64,000 bases of DNA, from IMG/VR virus record IMGVR_UViG_3300030085_002462; one strand, 5' to 3'. The stretch is from a virus. The notes under the pieces are model-generated. The model had not been told where the DNA came from, did no database searches, and saw only the letters and a program-made list of their open reading frames with translations. Every line of letters begins with the position of its first letter. The first letter of the stretch is position 1. Of the stretch, positions 7,470 to 14,536 are shown in pieces. Made by a program: the position numbers and the translations under genes.

Positions 7470-7527
7470 AGGACACTTCACAAACCCACACAGATCCCTT
7501 GACATTACTATCATTTTCCTACATAAT
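7470..7527 (+). promoter_or_regulatory. Hybrid promoter: early element copy 7 plus a canonical sigma70 -35
   Basis: AGGACAC-N8-CCCACAC; TTGACA (7499-7504), N17, CATAAT (7522-7527); box 2 to -10 distance is 37 nt. Confidence 0.8.
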
Positions 7528-7568
7528 GTAATCGTCCCAAACAAATCACTTTCCTTTGCTAATCGATC

Positions 7569-7754
7569 ATGGGTAGGACATACAAACGAAACGACCCCTA
7601 TAGAAGCAACAGACCAAAATCACTCAAAGAAAAAAGAAACCAATCACAATCCAATCGTCGCGGGTATAATGATGACAATCCCGCAGACTTTTCCACAGGT
7701 AAACACAAACGCCGCAACCCTGATGACTACACTACACGAGACGATTGGCAATGA
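7569..7754 (+). CDS. Small basic hypothetical protein (MGRTYKRND...)
   Basis: 61-aa Arg/Lys-rich ORF downstream of the promoter. Confidence 0.8.
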   Translation: MGRTYKRNDPYRSNRPKSLKEKRNQSQSNRRGYNDDNPADFSTGKHKRRNPDDYTTRDDWQ

Positions 7755-7873
7755 ATGAGTATACACTACCCGATTGGATCGATGAGTTCCTGGAGGACGA
7801 AAATGCCCCTAGTTGCCCATCTTTGACCGATGACGATCTTTCCCTTATTAACTACACCGAGGACCAGCAATGA
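7751..7873 (+). CDS. 40-aa acidic protein (MNEYTLPDWIDEFLED...)
   Basis: Translated by hand; ATGA overlaps on both sides. Confidence 0.65.
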   Translation: MNEYTLPDWIDEFLEDENAPSCPSLTDDDLSLINYTEDQQ

Positions 7874-8037
7874 GTTTGAATCATCAACTAGCAACTTCTC
7901 CCCCTGTTAATATCAAGATCTGGGAGAAAGGTCGGAAATACTTTTGGGCATACGATTACGACGGATGTCCTAAGAACGGACCTTTCAAGAATGAGCAACA
8001 GGCACTAAACGATGCACGGCACTATTCAACACGATGA
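7870..8037 (+). CDS. 55-aa hypothetical protein (MSLNHQLATSPPVNIKIWEKG...YFWAYDYDGCPKNGPF)
   Basis: Translated by hand; ATGA overlaps on both sides. Confidence 0.75.
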   Translation: MSLNHQLATSPPVNIKIWEKGRKYFWAYDYDGCPKNGPFKNEQQALNDARHYSTR

Positions 8038-8255
8038 AACACACCTATGGCAGCAAAATCGCATCCATTCCTAACAGTTTGGAGCGTCTCCTAGATCTAT
8101 ACGACGAGGGACAATTACCACCCGATGATATCATCGAAATGTGTCAGCAGATGATTGACATGGACCTCGATGACTATCTCCTACAGTATCAACAACTATG
8201 CGACTATTGCATTGCGGAGGGCATGTGTTATGATGTAGAAGTAGGGGACAGTTAG
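8034..8255 (+). CDS. Hypothetical acidic protein
   Basis: 73-aa ORF. Confidence 0.75.
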   Translation: MKHTYGSKIASIPNSLERLLDLYDEGQLPPDDIIEMCQQMIDMDLDDYLLQYQQLCDYCIAEGMCYDVEVGDS

Positions 8256-8257
8256 AG

Positions 8258-8286
8258 TTGACAATCGACAGTTAATTTGTTATCAT
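8258..8286 (+). promoter_or_regulatory. Strong sigma70-type (host-like, middle) promoter
   Basis: TTGACA (8258-8263), N17, TATCAT (8281-8286), with an extended TG at 8278-8279. Confidence 0.85.
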
Positions 8287-8358
8287 ATTGTTGTATATTA
8301 AAAACCGATACTTCCCTAACCTACAAAAGTATCCCAGCGACCTCGCTATATTATTCAA

Positions 8359-8526
8359 ATGAAACTTCGGGTCCCCCCAGACAAAAAATTTTCCCAGTAT
8401 AAAATTTCCACCCAGACCCCTCTGAGAGAGCAAGTGGTGTATATTTGGGAATCTCTCTCAGAGACCGCTAGGATCGCCGCTAAGGCGCTCAGAAACAAAC
8501 TTAGGAGGAATGATGCCCAAGAGTAG
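8359..8526 (+). CDS. 55-aa hypothetical protein (MKLRVPPDKKFSQYK...)
   Basis: Translated by hand; first ORF after the sigma70 promoter; overlaps the next gene by 17 nt. Confidence 0.5.
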   Translation: MKLRVPPDKKFSQYKISTQTPLREQVVYIWESLSETARIAAKALRNKLRRNDAQE

Positions 8527-8995
8527 GGATAAGCAGTATGAAGCACTGCGTGAAGAATACAAAGACTTACTAGACATCCCATGGGAAGGCAAGAAACTCT
8601 ATGGGTGTTATGAGATCATTCGTAAGTATTGGGAGAAAGTGCACAACGAAAAACTGATTGATTTCAACAGTCGTGGAGTCATTCGTTTTCAGGAAGATGC
8701 TATTGCAGAGCAGGGAGCAGCTTGGAAGTTTCATAAGGAGTGGGGGGAAGAGTTAGACTTCTCACTCCTAGAGAAAGAAGATGTCCTATTATTCCGATTG
8801 TTTACCACACCCCTCGGCGGCAACTACTCCGTGCCTAGGGGAGAAGCACCGAATCATGGTGGTATATACCTCGGAGATGGGTGGATGCTTCATCATCCCT
8901 ACAATGATCTTTCTCAACTTGCAGATCTCACTGATAAGTATAACAAGATATATTGCAGCAGTTGTATGGGTGCAATTTATAAAAAGGATAGATAA
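8510..8995 (+). CDS. NlpC/P60-like cysteine hydrolase
   Basis: W.G...YGCYEIIRKY (catalytic Cys) and NHGGIYLGDGWMLHH (His) match the NlpC/P60 pattern; AGGAGG upstream. Confidence 0.75.
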   Translation: MMPKSRDKQYEALREEYKDLLDIPWEGKKLYGCYEIIRKYWEKVHNEKLIDFNSRGVIRFQEDAIAEQGAAWKFHKEWGEELDFSLLEKEDVLLFRLFTTPLGGNYSVPRGEAPNHGGIYLGDGWMLHHPYNDLSQLADLTDKYNKIYCSSCMGAIYKKDR

Positions 8996-9195
8996 TGCTT
9001 AGAGTGGAGAATAACTCTATGAGCAAAAGATTCATAGTCCCTGTACAAGTAGATGATGAGGGGGAATACTTCTTCAATCTTCCCGATGAGATCATGGAGG
9101 ACCTTGACTGGAGGGAAGGTGATGAGTTACACTATGAAGAGGATATCAATGGCGATTTGATCCTTCGTAAGGTAGACCCTGAAAAAAATCCGTAA
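8995..9195 (+). CDS. AbrB/MazE/SpoVT-like small DNA-binding protein
   Basis: FFNLPDEIMEDLDWREGDELHY...LILRK matches the swapped-hairpin pattern (LP..i...l....GD.l); start may be 9019. Confidence 0.7.
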   Translation: MLRVENNSMSKRFIVPVQVDDEGEYFFNLPDEIMEDLDWREGDELHYEEDINGDLILRKVDPEKNP

Positions 9196-9213
9196 AAAAC
9201 CGCGTGGTGACTA

Positions 9214-9471
9214 ATGAGTGAAAAAAACGGCGTCCCCGAATTTGAAAGTGACGCAGAGTATATTGCATGGGCATTTAACCAGATCAGTGAAGGAATGAAG
9301 AATCTAGGCAATCGTATTGCTAACCTAGAGATTGCCTTGTCCCGTCTTCCTGAGCCTGGACCTAACATGATTCAATACAAGATCCCCGAGGATGATAAGT
9401 ATTCAAATCTGAAAGAAGTATTGGACGATCTGTATCTTAAACTAAATAGCAGAAAGTCTGATGATGCGTAA
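9214..9471 (+). CDS. Hypothetical coiled-coil protein
   Basis: 85-aa ORF with a TAATG overlap to the next gene. Confidence 0.8.
   Translation: MSEKNGVPEFESDAEYIAWAFNQISEGMKNLGNRIANLEIALSRLPEPGPNMIQYKIPEDDKYSNLKEVLDDLYLKLNSRKSDDA
9442..9448 (+). promoter_or_regulatory. Probable late promoter
   Basis: CTAAATA 23 nt upstream of the first structural gene. Confidence 0.5.
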
Positions 9472-12400
9472 TGCCCGCATATATTGAATCAACAGGTCGA
9501 TCCTTTCCCAATCCTATTAAGAGCGAAGATTACGCAAAACCTTTCGAGCGTCCCTCTTCTAGTAGATATCGTAGTAGGTCTGGGTATCAACAAGGCACTG
9601 GCACACAATACTACATCGAGTTTGAAGGAATGGGTCCTGGCAGTATGCCACTGGGTAAGGACCAGATACACTATCTCGGTGAAGAGGATGAGCAGTGCGT
9701 AAACGCCTGCGGGTATGAGCGTCAACCCATCTACCGTTGGTATAGAGGTAGTAAAGACGATCACAAGTATTCAACAGGTCCCAAGCTACAAAAGCGGGAC
9801 ATGATTGGTGAGAATGAGAGCAAGGACAAAGCAGCGTCGGGATATAACCCTGAGCCTCGCTCTGGCACACCAGTCTTCTTTACAATGATGACACAGGTCA
9901 GTGGATCTGTGCCACTGTATATCTGGTATAACCATTGGCCTGATGATACTCAGTTGTCATTGAGTAGTAGTGCACCACCTGATAGTAGTGGTCCTGGTCA
10001 GTATAGATTAGTAGGTAAGGCAGGTTATGTGTTTCCAAATGCGGCTGCAGCACAAGCTTATGCTGGCAGCGGAGGTGAGCAGCCTGCTGCTCTATATGAA
10101 TATCTACATCCTGACCCTGATCATTTCTATACTACTGATCCAGCAAACGAAGTCAACCTAGCAGATAACTCTCCCATCCCTCCTAAGAAGAGATATAAGG
10201 GGGAATACTCCTATCAGGGTATACTTTGCTATGTGTTTAGGAATGACACCCCTGACGGTCCTGAGAGACGCCTTGAGGACATCGGTAAGATTGGTGCTAG
10301 TGGACAGTGTATTGACCGATCTGGTTGGTATCAGTATACAGGGACTTGGACATATAGCAGATATCGTCGTAATCAAGACGGTAATGGTAATAGACTAGAG
10401 GGCACACCTGGCGTTAATGGTTGGGGTGACTCGAATAATGCTGCGCTGATCGATACTGATGGTGCGTTTGAATGGTTTTATGGTGCGAATGGTCCAATCA
10501 AAGCAGCAGTGCCGAGATACCTAGGGTTTGAAACATCATATGATTCACAATTCTACTACTATCTCTATGATACTTCATACCCATGGAATGGTCCTATCTT
10601 TGGAATCCAGTATGAATTGAATGATGCGCCATGTTGTCCCAATACAACGTGTCCTGATGGCGATGGATCTAGTCCATGTTGTGTCCCAGTCATCTCATAT
10701 CACTCCCACTTCTATGAAATCCGTGAAGATTCATGGGAAACTACAGAAAGTGAGATCACATTGACGGATGTTTCGACTCGTGGAGTCAATGAATCCTTCT
10801 GGACTGTTGATACAAAGAGTAGAAGAGTCTTTTTCCGCTATCAAACTAGCGTTGGTAAGGTCAGTCAAGGTGAATCTATCAATGGTTGGGAGGTAAATAG
10901 TGTTAGATACTTTGGTGATGAGTTAAAATGCGGTGTAATTGAGTTTGGTGGAGGCGATGGAAACGCATTTCAGCGTGGAGTTACCTACACTGCGGAGGAT
11001 GGTGCGCAATTTGAAGTGCTTGCAGGGTTTGGTATACCCAATAAAGCGGCATATTGCGGTGTATATGAGTTTAATAAGAGGATTGGTTACTACAAAGTAG
11101 AGATTGACCCCGCAGCTTTGATCCCAAAACGCACTTTGGACGTTGCACAACTGGAAGCTAAGGTCAATAAGAAGGGTGAGGTCGTCGAAGTTGAGGTTAT
11201 TAACGGCGGAAGAGGGTATATTAACCCTCAAGTGTCCGTTTCTACGCCTGGTGTGCTCGAAGATTTCAGTGCAGGTGACCTTGCATCGTCTCAAACTGCC
11301 TCATTTACTAAGGAAACTAGCCGTCAAGCATTCCCAGCACCCGAATCTACGAGTAATTTTGACGTAGCAGGTAAGAATATCTTCAAAAAAGTCCGTAACA
11401 AGACAAATAAACTCCAAGCAGAGAATGATTTTGGCGAAAGAGAGGACATTAGACAGGCAGAGATCCGTATTGGAGAGATAGATGAGCTTGGTGTTATCAA
11501 AAGTATCGTTGTTGAAGACCGTGGTAAGGGGTATAACCCTGCTGAGCCACCTGCAGTCTTCGTTGTTGACCCTAAACTAGAGACTATTAACTCCCCAGAT
11601 CTTGATAAAGTTGATTTTGGTGGTGTTGGTAAGGACTTTGCGAGTGCATTTGAGAATTTAGAGCTCCCTCAAGGCGACGATGGTGACTATATTTCACCAG
11701 CAGACATGTTTGAAGAGGGTCAGACGACCACTAAAGGTGGTTTCCAAGCAAATATTCCCACATCTTACCTTAAGATGGCGGAAATTGACGACTCAATGAT
11801 GACATTGTGCCAAGATTTGCCCGCAAATTGCATCAATATTGAGTTTCCGAAGAATTTGAGTAAGGCAATGCCTACTGATGGAGCATTTGATAGCCTCGGA
11901 CAACTAGGAGATGAGGGTTTTGACGAATTTAGGAGCGCAGTTTACCCCGAAGTGCTCAAAAACGTCGCTCAAGCGGATGAAGAAGGCGAAGGATTGAGTC
12001 ATCTTTACGGATTTAACCAGAAAAACCGCTGTATCAAGGTCGCACAACCCAAGGTATACAACATTCAGCGTTGGTTTGACGTGCCTTGTGCGTATTTGGA
12101 CGCTAATGAGGACGGAGATACGGTTGCATATGGATTTTTGATCTATAAATACTGTGCACCTAAGGATGATAATGCGTCATTCAAGGTAAATCTGAAATTT
12201 AACGGTAAAACTACGGGTAGTCAGGGTCAAGATTTCCTTGATTGGTTGATGAGTATGCCAAAACCGAAGCTTACTGACGCAAGAGACTATACAGATCCAA
12301 ATACAGGCAATAAAAAGAAGGTTTGGAATTGCGCTCGTGCTGATGTTGCGGGTAGATGCTATGAAGATAACGGAAATATTGTCTTCCTTGCGGTTGGTGG

Positions 12401-13064
12401 TGATGAAAATACGTTTGACTACAACCAATCTTCCTATAGTGAAGGTCAGCAACTAGAATTGTGGTTGGGTGACAACCTAGTTTCACATGCTCCTGGCTCT
12501 ACGAGGAATTGGCAATGGTCAACATCGTCTACTGACCCTGAAACTGGGCAGACTACGACTACAACTAACAATGGATCCTTCCAATACACTGCATTGGAAG
12601 TTGATTGCAACAACGTTGTATCAAATCAGATGGCAAATCACCCATGTTGGGACAATTTTGTTAGATCGAGTACTAATCCTGACGGACCTTTAGACGTTTA
12701 CTGTGGATGGGATGCAGATGGAAACACAATCGCGGGGACTACCTGGTGGAATACTTCTGCTAGGGGTATATCTAATATCTTCTGCTCCACTTGCACTAAT
12801 ACATATTGGGCTGGCACTGCTTCTGCGGCAGGTTTGGCATATGTCTACGACGCATCCATCGCAATCGATCCAAGCAGAATCACAGCAGGAAACTATGAAA
12901 TCCTGATGGGTCCATACTCTGGTGTGATGTCTATCAAGAATTATCTGACAGGTGGTATCAATGCCCTTAGTAGTGCTATAGATAATCTAGGGAATCCATT
13001 CTTCTCAGAGTGTGAGGTGGATGTCCCATGGACTGCAGGAAGGGAAATTAACGACGACGTTTAA
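9471..13064 (+). CDS. Large virion structural protein (1197 aa) with HFYT-type (DUF5648-like) repeats and Cys clusters
   Basis: PIYRWY...DDHKYST / PLYIWY / LYEY...DHFYTTD repeats; V.V...GRGY..P baseplate-type repeats; sits next to the PAAR gene. Confidence 0.75.
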   Translation: MPAYIESTGRSFPNPIKSEDYAKPFERPSSSRYRSRSGYQQGTGTQYYIEFEGMGPGSMPLGKDQIHYLGEEDEQCVNACGYERQPIYRWYRGSKDDHKYSTGPKLQKRDMIGENESKDKAASGYNPEPRSGTPVFFTMMTQVSGSVPLYIWYNHWPDDTQLSLSSSAPPDSSGPGQYRLVGKAGYVFPNAAAAQAYAGSGGEQPAALYEYLHPDPDHFYTTDPANEVNLADNSPIPPKKRYKGEYSYQGILCYVFRNDTPDGPERRLEDIGKIGASGQCIDRSGWYQYTGTWTYSRYRRNQDGNGNRLEGTPGVNGWGDSNNAALIDTDGAFEWFYGANGPIKAAVPRYLGFETSYDSQFYYYLYDTSYPWNGPIFGIQYELNDAPCCPNTTCPDGDGSSPCCVPVISYHSHFYEIREDSWETTESEITLTDVSTRGVNESFWTVDTKSRRVFFRYQTSVGKVSQGESINGWEVNSVRYFGDELKCGVIEFGGGDGNAFQRGVTYTAEDGAQFEVLAGFGIPNKAAYCGVYEFNKRIGYYKVEIDPAALIPKRTLDVAQLEAKVNKKGEVVEVEVINGGRGYINPQVSVSTPGVLEDFSAGDLASSQTASFTKETSRQAFPAPESTSNFDVAGKNIFKKVRNKTNKLQAENDFGEREDIRQAEIRIGEIDELGVIKSIVVEDRGKGYNPAEPPAVFVVDPKLETINSPDLDKVDFGGVGKDFASAFENLELPQGDDGDYISPADMFEEGQTTTKGGFQANIPTSYLKMAEIDDSMMTLCQDLPANCINIEFPKNLSKAMPTDGAFDSLGQLGDEGFDEFRSAVYPEVLKNVAQADEEGEGLSHLYGFNQKNRCIKVAQPKVYNIQRWFDVPCAYLDANEDGDTVAYGFLIYKYCAPKDDNASFKVNLKFNGKTTGSQGQDFLDWLMSMPKPKLTDARDYTDPNTGNKKKVWNCARADVAGRCYEDNGNIVFLAVGGDENTFDYNQSSYSEGQQLELWLGDNLVSHAPGSTRNWQWSTSSTDPETGQTTTTTNNGSFQYTALEVDCNNVVSNQMANHPCWDNFVRSSTNPDGPLDVYCGWDADGNTIAGTTWWNTSARGISNIFCSTCTNTYWAGTASAAGLAYVYDASIAIDPSRITAGNYEILMGPYSGVMSIKNYLTGGINALSSAIDNLGNPFFSECEVDVPWTAGREINDDV

Positions 13065-13597
13065 TGGCATACGGATTTCTAAAACCACTAGCATCCCTAA
13101 ATGGTCTGCCTTGCTCAGGTCATGGTCTCTGTCTGCCATCTACTGTGCACTCAATTCAAGCGTGTGGGACGCCTCCAGTGCCCTACTCTATTGTTATTAA
13201 GAATTTTACATGTTGGTGGCCACCCTTCCCCCTAATTCCCCTAGAGGCGGTTAATCCACTCAGGGCAACATTGCTGGTGAATTTCATTCCAGTGATGTTG
13301 GAAGCAGATATGTTTGTTACACATGTATCACCATGCACTAACATTGTGATATACTTGTGTCCATGCGGAAAGTCTATCTGCGCTATCCCAACTCCCATTA
13401 TTTGTAGTATACTTACTGCAGAGGACATGGGTGGTGTTGGACACGTCCGTACCCTCTTTGCAACAACGTTTACAGTCTTTGGATTGAAACGTAGAGTTGC
13501 AAGAGTCCTCGACCCCTTGGGTGCAGGTTTTCCTGGTTTCTCTATTCCATGCTCATCTGTTGTTGCTTGGGGTCATCCTACTGTTTTAGCATCTTAA
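13064..13597 (+). CDS. PAAR-like spike tip protein (gp5.4-like), extended and Cys-rich
   Basis: CSGHG...WPP...LLVN...D.F.TH...GH.R...T.TV...VARVLDPLG...CSSVVA.G..TV matches the PAAR layout. Confidence 0.8.
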   Translation: MAYGFLKPLASLNGLPCSGHGLCLPSTVHSIQACGTPPVPYSIVIKNFTCWWPPFPLIPLEAVNPLRATLLVNFIPVMLEADMFVTHVSPCTNIVIYLCPCGKSICAIPTPIICSILTAEDMGGVGHVRTLFATTFTVFGLKRRVARVLDPLGAGFPGFSIPCSSVVAWGHPTVLAS

Positions 13598-13603
13598 AAA
13601 ATT

Positions 13604-13753
13604 ATGGCAATGCGATCTAAAGTTGGTCTGTCTGGTGGGACGTTTATCCCCAGTCGTCCAAAACAAACTCGTCAAGGCAGCTCTAAGAATACTAAGTATT
13701 CTGCCACTTCTCGTAATAATGCGAAGAAGCGTTATCGTGGGCAGGGTCGATGA
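13604..13753 (+). CDS. 49-aa basic conserved cyanophage protein (PKQTRQG...SRN..KKRYRGQG)
   Basis: Translated by hand; fills the gap, with an ATGA overlap. Confidence 0.8.
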   Translation: MAMRSKVGLSGGTFIPSRPKQTRQGSSKNTKYSATSRNNAKKRYRGQGR

Positions 13754-13953
13754 GACCTGAGACCAGAGAAGCAATGGAAATGCTTTGGTCTGCTAAATGG
13801 AATCTTCCAACAGCAGCAGAGCATTGTAACCTTACCAATAAGGAGATGAAAATCACATTTAACGAATATTGTGCTTTTCATCCTCCTACTTTTCAGGTAA
13901 AATCAGATGAAGATCTGAAATCTATATACAGTGATTCTGATCACATCCAATAA
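13750..13953 (+). CDS. Conserved hypothetical protein (AMEMLWSAKWNLPTAAEHC)
   Basis: 67-aa ORF. Confidence 0.8.
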   Translation: MRPETREAMEMLWSAKWNLPTAAEHCNLTNKEMKITFNEYCAFHPPTFQVKSDEDLKSIYSDSDHIQ

Positions 13954-13958
13954 ACTTG

Positions 13959-13969
13959 ATAAATAAATA
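13959..13969 (+). promoter_or_regulatory. Late promoter (two overlapping ATAAATA)
   Basis: Intergenic ATAAATAAATA upstream of the baseplate genes; a further ATAAATA at 14072-14078. Confidence 0.7.
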
Positions 13970-13992
13970 TATCGCACCAGCGGGAGACTGAA

Positions 13993-14121
13993 ATGGCTGT
14001 AAAACCAATTCCTGATCAGAGCAAGGAGTTTATCAAGTCGGGGATGGTGCTAATAACCGACCCACGGAGTGATAAATACCTCAATAAGCATCAAAGCAAA
14101 GAAAAACCAAAGAAGCAGTAA
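13993..14121 (+). CDS. 42-aa hypothetical protein (MAVKPIPDQSKEFIKSGMVLITDPRSDKYL...)
   Basis: Translated by hand; GGGAG upstream; stop abuts the gp25 ATG. Confidence 0.7.
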   Translation: MAVKPIPDQSKEFIKSGMVLITDPRSDKYLNKHQSKEKPKKQ

Positions 14122-14535
14122 ATGGCATCATACAGATTCAGATCTGAAAAATATGTTTCTAGGGGGTTTAAGGATTTCGCCATATCTTTCATGGCAAATC
14201 CTAACACCAACGACTTTGGTGTGGTTAAAAATGAAAATGCCATTAAGCAAGCGGTCAAAAATCTTATTTTGACCTCTTTTTTGGAAAGACCCTTCCAACC
14301 TGACACTGGATCTAGAATTAAAGATTTAATGTTTGAGCCTTATGACCCATTTGTGGGTGAGGCAATGAGAAATGAGCTTAGAAACGTATTACAACGTCTC
14401 GAACCTCGTGTTGAAGTGACCAGAGTGTATATTAGAGAAGAAATTGACATCAATTCTCTACACTTTGAGCTGGATTATAAGATTGTCGGTGAAAACGTCG
14501 TTAAAACCGTAGACTTTCTTTTAGAGAAGACTTAA
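14122..14535 (+). CDS. gp25: Baseplate wedge subunit gp25
   Basis: NENAIKQAVKNLILT...ERPFQP..GS.I..L.FEP...EPRV is the gp25 signature. Confidence 0.93.
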   Translation: MASYRFRSEKYVSRGFKDFAISFMANPNTNDFGVVKNENAIKQAVKNLILTSFLERPFQPDTGSRIKDLMFEPYDPFVGEAMRNELRNVLQRLEPRVEVTRVYIREEIDINSLHFELDYKIVGENVVKTVDFLLEKT

Positions 14536-14536
14536 A

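Larger units (their letters stand above)
7311..7568. other. Gene-free AT-rich interval with inverted TTTTCCACA boxes and palindromes; candidate replication origin
   Basis: TTTTCCACA at 7327-7335 and TGTGGAAAA at 7350-7358 within 11-bp inverted arms; A/T-rich tract at 7337-7410; ACTAGAGA/TCTCTAGT palindrome at 7381-7404. Confidence 0.5.

Noticed and set aside
2186-7527. Early element as an NtcA (GTA-N8-TAC) or CRP (TGTGA-N6-TCACA) site
   Set aside because: The arm sequences differ, and the centre (about -53) does not match the usual -41.5 or -61.5 positions.
8244-8267. GGGACAG at 8245 as an eighth early element
   Set aside because: The second box is absent and the spacing to the -10 is wrong; the promoter is fully explained by sigma70 hexamers.
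7311-8360. tRNA genes in the intergenic gaps
   Set aside because: No cloverleaf or GTTCRA T-loop was found.
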